Source: Candidatus Omnitrophota bacterium
GTDB taxonomy: Bacteria > Omnitrophota > Gorgyraeia > JAZDFF01
Length of the DNA stretch: 64,000 nucleotides
Direction of reading: 5' to 3'
Assembly (NCBI GenBank): GCA_043808095.1
Contig: JAZDFF010000040.1
Coordinates: forward strand, 1,908-65,907
A program made the translations under genes and the position numbers. Under the pieces are notes generated by a model, which worked only from the letters and a program-made list of their open reading frames with translations, was not told where the DNA came from and ran no database searches. Shown in pieces: positions 16,116 to 25,843 of the stretch (position 1 is the first letter of the stretch; each line of letters begins with the position of its first letter).

Positions 16116-16344
16116 TACTAATTATATCGCGATATCCAGTTCCGTCCCTCGACTTCGCTCGGGATGGAATCCTGAGTTAAACGAAGGATTCCTAAGACTG
16201 GCGCTCTATCCTTCGCCGTAGGCGAATCCGCTTGCGGCGGAAATTGCCCCCACTAAAACTTTGCCGCCACAAATCTTAGGCGGCTCGCCAATGAATTGTG
16301 GCGAGGCGGGTCCGCCAATCTTTGTGGCGGAAGCTATAGGCGCA
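16116..16344 (-). pseudogene. Second tRNA-Arg-like 5' portion carrying the same 120-nt D-loop insert (16212..16331) and a roughly 50-nt insert in the anticodon-stem region.
   Basis: Reverse complement: TGCGCCTATAGCT [120-nt insert] GGATAGAGC G CCAGT CTTAGGA[..GGAATCC..GGATTCC..] ACTGG. The architecture is the same as at 4900..5092. Confidence 0.5.
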
Positions 16345-16346
16345 TA

Positions 16347-17066
16347 CTATATTATCTCGGTTTTATCACCTAAAATCTCTTGAATTTTCTCTAGCTTCTT
16401 TTTATCTACCGCAAGGATCCCCGACTCTGCGGCTACGCGTACCGGCGAATTTAACTGAATCTTATCGGGGTTTATCATATCAATGGCTTCTTTTAATTTC
16501 TTAATCTGCCTTATGTCATCATTTATGCCACTAACTAACATTACCTCAAGCCAGATTTTGCCCTTGAATTCTTTTCTTAGGCTCACTAGGCCTTGAATAA
16601 TACCATCAAGCTTCAAATTTAGCTCGGGTCTATCAATCTTTTGCCAGATAGATACGGACACCGCATCAAGCGAAGGTACGATTAAATCCGCGCCAAGTAA
16701 TTGACTGCGCACCGAAGCCTGACTCAAAAAAGAGGAATTGGTAATAACGGCAACCGGTATATTGACAATCCTTTTAATTTGAAAAATAAATTCTCCTATA
16801 TTTACATTTAAAGTCGGCTCGCCCGAGCCGGAAAGGGTAATGTAATTTACGGTTTTTTGAATCTCATTATTGGCGCCTAACCAGGCCTTTAATTCGTTTA
16901 AGATCTCTTCGATTTTAATATATTCTTTTCTCTCAGTAGTTTTATGAGTCGTATCGCCCAGCTGGCAATATATGCAGTCGAAGGTGCAGGTTTTATAAGG
17001 CGTAAGACTTACGCCTAATGATAGGCCGAGCCTGCGCGATTTAACCGGTCCGTAAATATATTTCAT
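16347..17066 (-). CDS. Radical SAM enzyme of unknown specificity.
   Basis: It has the CxxxCxxC cluster motif CTFDCIYCQ after a GPVxSRRLG N-terminus. Confidence 0.75.
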   Translation of the reverse strand: MKYIYGPVKSRRLGLSLGVSLTPYKTCTFDCIYCQLGDTTHKTTERKEYIKIEEILNELKAWLGANNEIQKTVNYITLSGSGEPTLNVNIGEFIFQIKRIVNIPVAVITNSSFLSQASVRSQLLGADLIVPSLDAVSVSIWQKIDRPELNLKLDGIIQGLVSLRKEFKGKIWLEVMLVSGINDDIRQIKKLKEAIDMINPDKIQLNSPVRVAAESGILAVDKKKLEKIQEILGDKTEII

Positions 17067-17070
17067 AAAT

Positions 17071-17140
17071 CACCAATTATCACGAATTACACACTAATTT
17101 CCACTAATTCATTTTGTGTAAATTTGTGTTTTCTGCCTGT
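17071..17140. promoter_or_regulatory. AATTNGTG / TTTGTGTAAATTTGTGT repeat array immediately 5' of the radical SAM gene.
   Basis: Similar arrays lie at 45518..45603, 54660..54751 and 61197..61300, each directly upstream of a gene start. A related CAGATTAGCACAGAT family lies at 13370..13440, 15855..15910 and 53085..53290. Confidence 0.4.
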
Positions 17141-17228
17141 CGTTGGACAGAGATCAGTGTAGATTCGTGTGTCAAAAAAAGGGATAGATTTTCTATCCCC
17201 GGTTTTATTATGCAAGTTTAGTAAAGGC

Positions 17229-18032
17229 TTAAATACCCACAACACAAATATTATTTTTATCGGCCAAGTTTAGAAAGACGGACTTATCAATAATCAAGGT
17301 TTTTTCCGCCTCGATTGCCAGGCACCTCGCCTTCACTCTGGCTAAAGTCTTTATCGTGCGGGGCCCGACTACAGGAATATCAAAACGCATATCCTGCTGT
17401 GGTTTACTTACTTTAACCACTGCCACCTCGCCCCGGCCAAGCCTTCCGCCTCTAAGGATTGTGGCGTCTGTGCCCTCCATGGCCTCAACTGCAAGAATTG
17501 CCTTATTTTTTACCACAACGGTCTGGCCGATATCTAGGGCACCCATAATCTTGGCGATCTCCATGCCAAAGTAAATATCATTCCAATCATCAAATGTCGG
17601 CTGTTGCCTGCCTAATACGCCTTTTTTGGCCAAAAATTCATCAAGATATAGTGTCGAGTCGAGTAATTCAATGCCTTCAATCTTTAGTCTATCGGCAATG
17701 GACCTGAATATCGTATCTGCCTTTCTATTTTCAATATCTTTAAATATATTCTTGATGTCATCGTCCCATTTTATTTTTTTATCAAATAGATGTTTGGGCT
17801 TAATCTGACCTGCCATCACCACTTTTTTTAGGCCTTCATTTTTAAATATGTTAACTATCTCTTTAAACTCTCCCAGCCTGATCCAGGTAATCTTATCAAC
17901 AACTCGGCCTAGGTCCGGATGCGTCTCGCCTCTAATTGCAGTGGCAACGAGCCCGATGTTGCGGGATCTTGCGGCTTGAGCAAAGATTAAGGGAAATCTT
18001 CCGTTACCGGCAATGAGGCCTAAGCGTTCCAT
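17229..18032 (-). CDS. lpxI: UDP-2,3-diacylglucosamine hydrolase LpxI (DUF1009).
   Basis: It has the GLIAGNGRFPL N-terminus typical of LpxI and lies in the lpx cluster. Confidence 0.75.
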   Translation of the reverse strand: MERLGLIAGNGRFPLIFAQAARSRNIGLVATAIRGETHPDLGRVVDKITWIRLGEFKEIVNIFKNEGLKKVVMAGQIKPKHLFDKKIKWDDDIKNIFKDIENRKADTIFRSIADRLKIEGIELLDSTLYLDEFLAKKGVLGRQQPTFDDWNDIYFGMEIAKIMGALDIGQTVVVKNKAILAVEAMEGTDATILRGGRLGRGEVAVVKVSKPQQDMRFDIPVVGPRTIKTLARVKARCLAIEAEKTLIIDKSVFLNLADKNNICVVGI

Positions 18033-18048
18033 AAAATCTCTCTGGTTT

Positions 18049-18822
18049 TTATCTGGTTATGCCTCTTTCTGAGGCCTTGACGAAGTCGACGAGATGGGAT
18101 ACTTCTTTACAGCCAGTAATCTCTTTTTCTATTTTTTCTAAAGCATGCGGGATAGAAATTTGAGAAAAAAACAGTATCTTAAAGGCATGTTTTAAGACGG
18201 TTATGGTTTCCTTGGGAAAATCGGCTCTTTTTAAACCGACTATATTTATACCAAAGACCTTTGCCGGATGGCCGTCACAAGTTGAATAAGGCGGGATATC
18301 CTGGACTACTTTGGAACAGCCGCCAATAATAGAAAGTGTTCCAATGCGCACAAACTGATGGATCGCAACCAAACCTCCTATTACCGCCTTATCCTCAAGA
18401 GTGACATGTCCTGCTAAGGTGCCATTATTGGCAATAACACAGCCGTTGCCTACCTTACAATCGTGGGCAACATGTGAATAGGCCATGAGCAAATTATTAT
18501 TACCGATTTCAGTCTTGGTATTTTTTTCCGTCGAAAGATTAATCGTAACAAACTCTCTTATGATATTATCATCCCCGATAGAAAGATATGACTCTTCGCC
18601 TTTATATTTTAGGTCTTGAGGAATACTCCCGATAACCGCGCCAGTAAAAATATTACAGCGCGCACCGATAGTAGTATTGCCTTTAATGGTGCAGTGATTA
18701 AGTATTCTTGTGCCTTCGCCAATAATTACCGGATCTTCTATAATAGTATAAGGGCCGACGAAACAACCGTCGGCCAATTTTGCTTTTTTAGAAACAATTG
18801 CCGTGGGATGGATATTTATCAT
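18049..18822 (-). CDS. lpxA: UDP-GlcNAc acyltransferase LpxA.
   Basis: It has left-handed beta-helix hexapeptide repeats and the LpxA C-terminal helical domain. Confidence 0.9.
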   Translation of the reverse strand: MINIHPTAIVSKKAKLADGCFVGPYTIIEDPVIIGEGTRILNHCTIKGNTTIGARCNIFTGAVIGSIPQDLKYKGEESYLSIGDDNIIREFVTINLSTEKNTKTEIGNNNLLMAYSHVAHDCKVGNGCVIANNGTLAGHVTLEDKAVIGGLVAIHQFVRIGTLSIIGGCSKVVQDIPPYSTCDGHPAKVFGINIVGLKRADFPKETITVLKHAFKILFFSQISIPHALEKIEKEITGCKEVSHLVDFVKASERGITR

Positions 18823-18840
18823 AGAAACTTTTTTAGGATT

Positions 18841-20154
18841 CTATCCTTCTACTAACGCAAACAAAAGATCAGCCTCGGCAACGATTTTACCGTCAACCTT
18901 AGCCTGGGTATGGACCTGGCCGGTCTTTGACCTTACCTTCACCAACTCTACCTCTAGAACAAGCTGATCCCCGGGGACAACTGTCTTTCTAAATTTCGCA
19001 TTATCTATGGCCATAAAATAGGCAATCTTACCGGCATTTTGAGACTGAGATAGCATGAGTATCCCGCCGAGCTGAGCCATGGCCTCGATAATAAGCACAC
19101 CAGGCATAACCGGCCGCCCAGGGAAATGCCCGGTAAAGAAATTGTCATTTAGGCTGACGTTTTTAATCCCGACAGCGGATTTGCCTTCTTCAATAGAAAT
19201 TACCTTATCTACAAAAAGAAACGGATAACGGTGGGGTAAAATCTTCATTATCTCTTTTACGTCTAATTCTTTACCCTCGGGTATGTATCCTCCCTTAACT
19301 CCGCCTAATTCGTATCTTTGTTTCTGCTCGTAAATCCTGTTAATTAATTTAATATTAAGCGGGTGCCCGCTTTTTAGGGCTACAACATGACCACAAATAG
19401 GTTCGCCCAAAAGATACAAATCGCCGATTAAATCCAAGACCTTATGCCGGATGAATTCATCTTCACAGCGCAACTTATTTTTGACCACTCCTTTTTTACC
19501 CACGACAAGGGTATTTTCATAATTTGCGCCTTTGCCGAGACCCATATTAACTAAGTCATCTGCCTCATCTTCTAAACAAAAGGTCCGGCTTAAGGCAATA
19601 TTTTTCTCAAAACTATCCTTAGGCAGACTTAAAGATAAAAATTGGGCCTTTAATATAGGGAGTTCGTAATTTAAGGTATAAGAAATCTTAAATTCAGAGC
19701 TCGGTAAAATTGTGATTACCGCACCACCTTCTTCTTCTACAATCGGCTCTTTAATAGAAAAGTATTTACGCGGGATGTCTTGTTCTCTAAGGCCGGCTTT
19801 TTTAAGGGTATCAATAAAGCCGATAGCGCTTCCGTCGAGGCCTGGGACTTCGTTATTATCTATCTCGACTAAGATATTATCTATCCCCAGACCAGACAGT
19901 GCTGCCATCAGATGTTCTATGGTATGAACTTCACATCCGTCTTTTCCTATAGATGTACGACGAGGATTACGATGAATATCCAGGATATTTGTTATATCGG
20001 CCTTTATGGTCGGCCTGTCAGGCAGATCTACCCTGATGAAATTTATGCCTGTCTTAGGACTGGCGGGCTTGAAGGTCATATTTACCTTGTTTCCAGTATG
20101 TAAACCTGTCCCATTTAAACTGATTTCTTTATTTATTGTCTTTTGATATTCCAT
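18841..20154 (-). CDS. lpxC: Fused LpxC deacetylase and FabZ dehydratase.
   Basis: It has the N-terminal LpxC fold (LNGTGLHTG..) and a C-terminal FabZ hot-dog domain (FFTGHFPGRPVMPGVLIIEAMAQ). Confidence 0.9.
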   Translation of the reverse strand: MEYQKTINKEISLNGTGLHTGNKVNMTFKPASPKTGINFIRVDLPDRPTIKADITNILDIHRNPRRTSIGKDGCEVHTIEHLMAALSGLGIDNILVEIDNNEVPGLDGSAIGFIDTLKKAGLREQDIPRKYFSIKEPIVEEEGGAVITILPSSEFKISYTLNYELPILKAQFLSLSLPKDSFEKNIALSRTFCLEDEADDLVNMGLGKGANYENTLVVGKKGVVKNKLRCEDEFIRHKVLDLIGDLYLLGEPICGHVVALKSGHPLNIKLINRIYEQKQRYELGGVKGGYIPEGKELDVKEIMKILPHRYPFLFVDKVISIEEGKSAVGIKNVSLNDNFFTGHFPGRPVMPGVLIIEAMAQLGGILMLSQSQNAGKIAYFMAIDNAKFRKTVVPGDQLVLEVELVKVRSKTGQVHTQAKVDGKIVAEADLLFALVEG

Positions 20155-21181
20155 TTATCTTCTTCTCCAGTTCTTCTATTTTCTTTTTTAATTCATCTAT
20201 GGTCTTCATGGTCGCAGGTAATCTCTGAACACATGCATTTACCCGCTTGGCAATATTGTGAGGTTTGGCCGGATAGCCAGAAACTTTGGTATTGGCCGCT
20301 ACAGTCTTAGTAACCCCGGCCTGGGCTGCTACAATCGCGTTGTCTCCTATACTAATATGCCCGACGATACCGGCCTGTCCGGCCAGTATTACATTGTTCC
20401 CTACCGTAGTACTTCCGGACACGCCGGCCTGGGCAATAATAATAGAATTTTCCCCCACTACAACATTGTGGGCAATCTGCACAAGATTGTCAATCTTTGT
20501 GCCGCGCCCCACAACTGTCTTATCAAACCTGGCCCGGTCAATGGTTACATTAGAACCAATCTCGACATCATCCTCGATAACCACTATCCCAATCTGGGGT
20601 ATACGCTGATGTATGCCCTTAACCTTGGCAAAGCCAAATCCGTCAGAGCCGATAACTGTGCCGCTGTGAATAACCACCCTGTTTCCAATTGTCACCCTTT
20701 CCCTGATAGAAACATTGGGATATATTATGCTGTCCCTACCGATTTTCGTGTAATGGCCAAGGTAACAGCCGGCATAGATAATTGCATTATCGTCAAGTTC
20801 TACCTTATCACAAACAACTACATACGCGCCTAATGCCACGGCCTTACCTAATTTCACGCCCTCTCCGATAATGGCAGTAGGATGAATTCCTTGCGGATAT
20901 TTGACCTCAACAGGCACTACCAGAGACAACATTTTGGCAAAGGCCAAAGAAGGATTCTCGGTGCGGATAATAGGCTTAGGACCTCTTTCAATCTCGGTTG
21001 AGGTGATAATTGCCGAGGCCTCGGTCTCCTGCATAAGGCCTGCATACTTGGGATTAGCCACAAAGGTGATATCGCCTTTTTTTGCCTCTTTTATCCCGCA
21101 GACGCCGGTAATTACGGTTTGAGGGTTTCCAACAACCTCCCCATCCAAAAATTCGGCGATTTCTTTAAGGGTCTTGCGCAT
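20129..21181 (-). CDS. lpxD: UDP-3-O-acylglucosamine N-acyltransferase LpxD.
   Basis: It has the LpxD N-terminal domain, extended hexapeptide repeats and a C-terminal coiled coil. Confidence 0.9.
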   Translation of the reverse strand: MRKTLKEIAEFLDGEVVGNPQTVITGVCGIKEAKKGDITFVANPKYAGLMQETEASAIITSTEIERGPKPIIRTENPSLAFAKMLSLVVPVEVKYPQGIHPTAIIGEGVKLGKAVALGAYVVVCDKVELDDNAIIYAGCYLGHYTKIGRDSIIYPNVSIRERVTIGNRVVIHSGTVIGSDGFGFAKVKGIHQRIPQIGIVVIEDDVEIGSNVTIDRARFDKTVVGRGTKIDNLVQIAHNVVVGENSIIIAQAGVSGSTTVGNNVILAGQAGIVGHISIGDNAIVAAQAGVTKTVAANTKVSGYPAKPHNIAKRVNACVQRLPATMKTIDELKKKIEELEKKINGISKDNK

Positions 21182-21192
21182 AAAAAATATCT

Positions 21193-21714
21193 CTATTGTT
21201 TTTTCTTATAATTATTATTCAGTAGTTTAAGAACGCCTTCTGTGATATCTTTGGCATTATCGCCGTAGAGAAGCACCCTATCATTTAAAATGAAGGCGTA
21301 GTTATTACTCTTGGCAAAATCGCGTACCGCTCCTTCAATATCCTTTAAGATCTCTTTAATCTTTTCATCCCTGTCTTTTTTTATGTCCGTCTGCAACTGA
21401 TTATCCAATTCCATTAAATCTCTGCCCTTGGCATCAATAAGTTTCTGCTGTTTTTCTTTTTCTACGGCCTTTAATAAATCAAGTTTTGCCTGCAACCCTT
21501 TTAACTCATCGATTTTTTTCTTTCTCTCCTCTAATTTTGGACCTTGGGTGGCCTCTAATTTCTTTTCGTAATCAATGGTTTTCTGGTAAGAATCAAAAAG
21601 TTGGCTTAAGTCGACATAACCGATTTTTTCTGCTTCGGCAAAAGCACAACTCGTACCAACCGCCAGAGCCAAAACACATGCAAAAATCATAAGATGCATT
21701 TTAATACTGTTCAT
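21193..21714 (-). CDS. skp: Periplasmic chaperone Skp (OmpH).
   Basis: It has a signal peptide and a coiled-coil OmpH-like region. It lies between lpxD and bamA. Confidence 0.85.
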   Translation of the reverse strand: MNSIKMHLMIFACVLALAVGTSCAFAEAEKIGYVDLSQLFDSYQKTIDYEKKLEATQGPKLEERKKKIDELKGLQAKLDLLKAVEKEKQQKLIDAKGRDLMELDNQLQTDIKKDRDEKIKEILKDIEGAVRDFAKSNNYAFILNDRVLLYGDNAKDITEGVLKLLNNNYKKKQ

Positions 21715-21994
21715 TCCCCCTCCCCTTAATGAGTACTTGATTTATGGAGTCCAAGGGACGACATAAATCAATCTTCCATGAATAACTTCCTTGTTAGTAC
21801 GAATTAATCCCGAAGCTTAAGCTAAAATTATCGAAGAAAATTTTAGCTTGTTTTAAGCGAGGGATATGTCAACTTTGACCCCGTTAAAATAACGCTGCGA
21901 AAATTTATTCTAAATTTTCTTGCAGCTATCGGGGTAAGTTCGGACAGATAACTTATGGAGCCAGAATGGCGACATAAATTATAGTCTCATTTAC

Positions 21995-24325
21995 TTAAAA
22001 GAAACCGTGACTTATGCTAAAATGAAGTCTTCCCTGTCTTTTTGTCTCACCGGGTTCTTTATTTAAAGGATACCCGTAATCTAATCTTAGCGGACCAAGT
22101 GGCGTCTTTATCCTTAGCCCCAGGCCAACGCTTGATTTATATCCGCTCGACCCGAAGTCTTTAACCTTAGACCAGACATTACCCACATCAAAAAATGTTG
22201 CGCCTTTAATATACTCAACCAAAGGAAAAACATACTCTAAATTTCCTATAAGGAGCGCTTCGCCTCCTATGGGATCATCGGTAGCTGCATCTATCGGGCC
22301 CACCTTTCTTTCTCGGTAACCTCTAATAGTATCCGAACCACCGGCATAGAATCTTTCATAAATAGGCACCTCGTCAGAGCTTCCAAATGGCTGAGTGATG
22401 CCTGCGCGTATCTCTGATTGCAATACTGATTTTCTCGTGATAGGAATATAATTACTGAAGCTTCCGATAAATTTGGTAAAATTCTTATCGCCACCTAAAG
22501 GCCCGCCTGCTAATTCAGCTGCTCCAGATAATAACCTTCCTCTAGTCGGCTCAAAGATATTATCGCGAGTATCTCGGTCTAAACCAAACTCTGTGCTGAT
22601 GATTGTATTTTGCCCCTCTTCTTTTTTTAGGTCACTTGAGGCAGCTTCATCAATATTAGTAATCTCGATATTGTCAAATCGCCAAAATAGATGCGCCTTT
22701 AGATATTCGGATAATTCTTTGGCTAAACGCAAATCCCCGCCAGTCCGTTTTTCGTCGTAGGCATAACCTACGTCGGTGTCACGGTAATGTGATCTATTAT
22801 AAAGATCAAATCCGAAAGATAGCGGATAATCGAAAATCCAGGGCTCGGTAAAACTAAGACCGAATTCCTTACGTAAGCTTCCTAACTCGGCGCGAAGACT
22901 TAAATCCTGGCCGCCTCCGGTAAAATAAGGAAAATTTCTCCAGTCAAAGTTCTTCTGCTCAATCTGGGCAAAACCAATGAATTGATCGACGGAACTATAG
23001 CCGCCGCCAAACATAAATTCTCCGGTCTTAGATTCTTTTACCTGGACAATAAGATTCTTTTTGTTCGGTGCGCTGCCGGGCTCTGTGTCATAATTTATTT
23101 CTTCAAAGAAACCTAGGTTATTCAAACGCTCGCGGCTGCGTCTTAGTTTCTCGCCGCTAAACCGATCTGCCGGATAAATCCTTAATTCTCTTCTAATAAC
23201 CACGTCCTTGGTCTTGATATTACCTCTTATCTTAATCATATCCACATAGCCGATTTGGTTCTCAGCGATGTTATAGGTAATATTGACCCTGCCTGTTTGA
23301 GCATCTAAGGAAGTAGACTCTTTAACTTCGGCAAAGATGTAGCCCTTATCAAAGCAAAGGCTCTGGATGTTAGATACGTCCTGTGAAAGCCCATCCTGAC
23401 TAAAGACCTTCCCCGGCAGACATTCGCTTAAGTTGCTTCTGATCTCTTGTTCTTTAACAATACTGTTTCCTTCGATGCTGACCGTTCCCACTACATATTT
23501 AATTCCTTCTTTAATGTTAATAGAAACTGCGACCTTATTTTTCTTAAGTTTTTCTGTACTATATTCTACCTCAACATCCTGATAACCCCCGCGTTTATAA
23601 AATGCCCTGATCTTATCAATATCTTCTTTTAAGGTGCCTTCTTTATAGAGGCCGTTTCTTATGATGGTCAGGGGCCATATGAAAGGCCTGCGCGTCTTCA
23701 TAATACTTAGAACCTTTTTATAGCCGAATGCCGCATTGCCATTGATGGAGATTTTACTTACCATTAATTTTGTGCCTTCATCGATTAAGATGGTTACCTT
23801 AACCTTATTGGTATTTTCATCCAGGTCTGATTTTGAGTCTATGCTGACATGAGAAAAGCCTTTTCTTTGATAAAGCTTGACCAGCCCCTGGATATCATCC
23901 TTCAGCTTTGTCTGCTCTAAAAATTCATCTTTTTTTGTCTTCATTGCGCTTTTTAAGGCGTATTCGCCGATAGCGTGGCGGCCCTGGAAAATTATATTAT
24001 CCACAATCGGCAGTTCTTTAACTGTAAATATCACTTTAACGCCCTTTTCATAGTCTTGGGTATCTACCTCAATATCGCTAAAGAAGCCCAGGGAATACAG
24101 TTTTTTGATATCATCCTTGATCACCTGGTCAGAGAATGTCTGACCTAACTTTACCTTTAATTTAGACAGGATAGTAGCTGTACTGATGGTTTTATTACCA
24201 ATAATATCGATGGCGCTGACTCGCTGAGTCTTTTCTTGCACGCCAACCTGACCCTGGGCTATGACTATGGAATTTGACGCAAGATAGAAAATTCCTATTA
24301 AACTAAATATAATTATTTTCTTCAT
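21995..24325 (-). CDS. bamA: Outer-membrane protein assembly factor BamA.
   Basis: It has a signal peptide, five POTRA-like repeats and a C-terminal Omp85 barrel ending in an aromatic residue. Confidence 0.92.
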   Translation of the reverse strand: MKKIIIFSLIGIFYLASNSIVIAQGQVGVQEKTQRVSAIDIIGNKTISTATILSKLKVKLGQTFSDQVIKDDIKKLYSLGFFSDIEVDTQDYEKGVKVIFTVKELPIVDNIIFQGRHAIGEYALKSAMKTKKDEFLEQTKLKDDIQGLVKLYQRKGFSHVSIDSKSDLDENTNKVKVTILIDEGTKLMVSKISINGNAAFGYKKVLSIMKTRRPFIWPLTIIRNGLYKEGTLKEDIDKIRAFYKRGGYQDVEVEYSTEKLKKNKVAVSINIKEGIKYVVGTVSIEGNSIVKEQEIRSNLSECLPGKVFSQDGLSQDVSNIQSLCFDKGYIFAEVKESTSLDAQTGRVNITYNIAENQIGYVDMIKIRGNIKTKDVVIRRELRIYPADRFSGEKLRRSRERLNNLGFFEEINYDTEPGSAPNKKNLIVQVKESKTGEFMFGGGYSSVDQFIGFAQIEQKNFDWRNFPYFTGGGQDLSLRAELGSLRKEFGLSFTEPWIFDYPLSFGFDLYNRSHYRDTDVGYAYDEKRTGGDLRLAKELSEYLKAHLFWRFDNIEITNIDEAASSDLKKEEGQNTIISTEFGLDRDTRDNIFEPTRGRLLSGAAELAGGPLGGDKNFTKFIGSFSNYIPITRKSVLQSEIRAGITQPFGSSDEVPIYERFYAGGSDTIRGYRERKVGPIDAATDDPIGGEALLIGNLEYVFPLVEYIKGATFFDVGNVWSKVKDFGSSGYKSSVGLGLRIKTPLGPLRLDYGYPLNKEPGETKRQGRLHFSISHGFF

Positions 24326-24338
24326 TGTCTATAAGGTC

Positions 24339-25691
24339 TCATTCGAAGCTCGAAAAATTCTCAAAACGCATATATTCTTTGATAAAAGATAATTTCATAA
24401 TACCGACTGGGCCGTTCCTTTGCTTAGCGATATTTACCTCAGCAATACCTTTATTGTCTTCGTTAGGACTGTAATATTCTTCACGGAGCAACAAAACCAC
24501 TAAATCAGCATCCTGCTCAATTGCCCCTGACTCCCTAAGGTCTGAAAGCTGTGGCCGGTGATCTTGCCTTGACTCAACCGCACGGGACAGCTGGCTAATA
24601 GCGATTACGGGGGACTTCAACTCTCTGGCCAGGGCCTTAAGCGAACGGGAAATATCAGAAATTTCCTGCTGCCTGTTTTCGATGCGTCCGCTTCCGCGCA
24701 CAAGCTGGAGATAATCCAAGACTATCAGCCTTATATCATGCTGTGATTTAAGCCTTCTGGCCTTTGCCCTCAACTCTAAAACCGTCATCGCCGGTGTATC
24801 ATCTATAAAAAGAGAGGTCTCTGAGAGTTTGCTGGCGGCGGTAGTGAGCCTGGGCCAATCAGAAGGCGATAAAAATCCTGTCCTTACTTTATGGGCGTCT
24901 ACCCGGGCATGAGAACAAAGGATGCGCTGGGCGAGTTGCTCTTTAGACATCTCCAGGCTAAAAAAAGCAACCGGTAATTTTTCCGTTACCGCCACATACT
25001 CGGCGATATTAATGGCAAAAGAACTTTTACCCATCGAAGGCCTTCCGGCAATCACAATCAAATCCGAATCCTGCAGGCCTGCGGTTTTGGTATCGAAATC
25101 GATAAATCCCGTCGGAATTCCCGTTACATGGGCCTTTTTCTGGTATAACTGGTCGATCCTCTCGATCGTATCTTTTATGACATCCTTCATCGAGATGCTC
25201 GTGCCAGAAACCCGAAAATCAGATATCTCAAATATCAATCTCTCGGCGCGGTCAAGAATCTCATCGATATTATCCTGGGATTCGTAACTGTCGCTTACTA
25301 TTCTTGTAGCATGATTAATCAATAACCTCAGGAGGCTCTTTTCCTTAACAATGCTGGCATAATGTCCGACGTTTGCGGCGGTAGGAACGGTGTTGGTAAG
25401 GGCAGTCAGATATGCCGCTCCGCCGATCTCATCTAATTGGTTAAGACCGCGTAATTCGTCGCTTAAGGTAATAAGGTCTATGGCCTTACTATTGCTGTAT
25501 AGGTTTACTATGCAGGAAAATATTTTTTTATGCATATCCACGTAGAAACAATCCTCATCAACCATCTCCAGGGCCCGATGGATAGCATCTTCATCGATAA
25601 TCATAGAGCCTAATAAAGCCATCTCTGCTTCGATGTTTTGCGGAGGGATTTTTTCTAACAGGGTTATATTTGACATGCTATTAAAATCCAA
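24339..25691 (-). CDS. dnaB: Replicative DNA helicase DnaB.
   Basis: It has the DnaB N-terminal domain and a RecA-like core (GRPSMGKSSFAINIA Walker A). No intein is present. Confidence 0.93.
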   Translation of the reverse strand: MDFNSMSNITLLEKIPPQNIEAEMALLGSMIIDEDAIHRALEMVDEDCFYVDMHKKIFSCIVNLYSNSKAIDLITLSDELRGLNQLDEIGGAAYLTALTNTVPTAANVGHYASIVKEKSLLRLLINHATRIVSDSYESQDNIDEILDRAERLIFEISDFRVSGTSISMKDVIKDTIERIDQLYQKKAHVTGIPTGFIDFDTKTAGLQDSDLIVIAGRPSMGKSSFAINIAEYVAVTEKLPVAFFSLEMSKEQLAQRILCSHARVDAHKVRTGFLSPSDWPRLTTAASKLSETSLFIDDTPAMTVLELRAKARRLKSQHDIRLIVLDYLQLVRGSGRIENRQQEISDISRSLKALARELKSPVIAISQLSRAVESRQDHRPQLSDLRESGAIEQDADLVVLLLREEYYSPNEDNKGIAEVNIAKQRNGPVGIMKLSFIKEYMRFENFSSFE

Positions 25692-25843
25692 GAATTAAAA
25701 TGACATGTTAGAATCCACGTTTAAGGGATAGCAGGGTGTAGTAAGGGATAGTAAGGGTAAGAAAGGGGGATTTTTAAAATTTTTGCTAACCCCTTCTAAC
25801 CCGTCCTGACCCTTTCTAACCCTTAAATCTTTTGATTTTTGCA

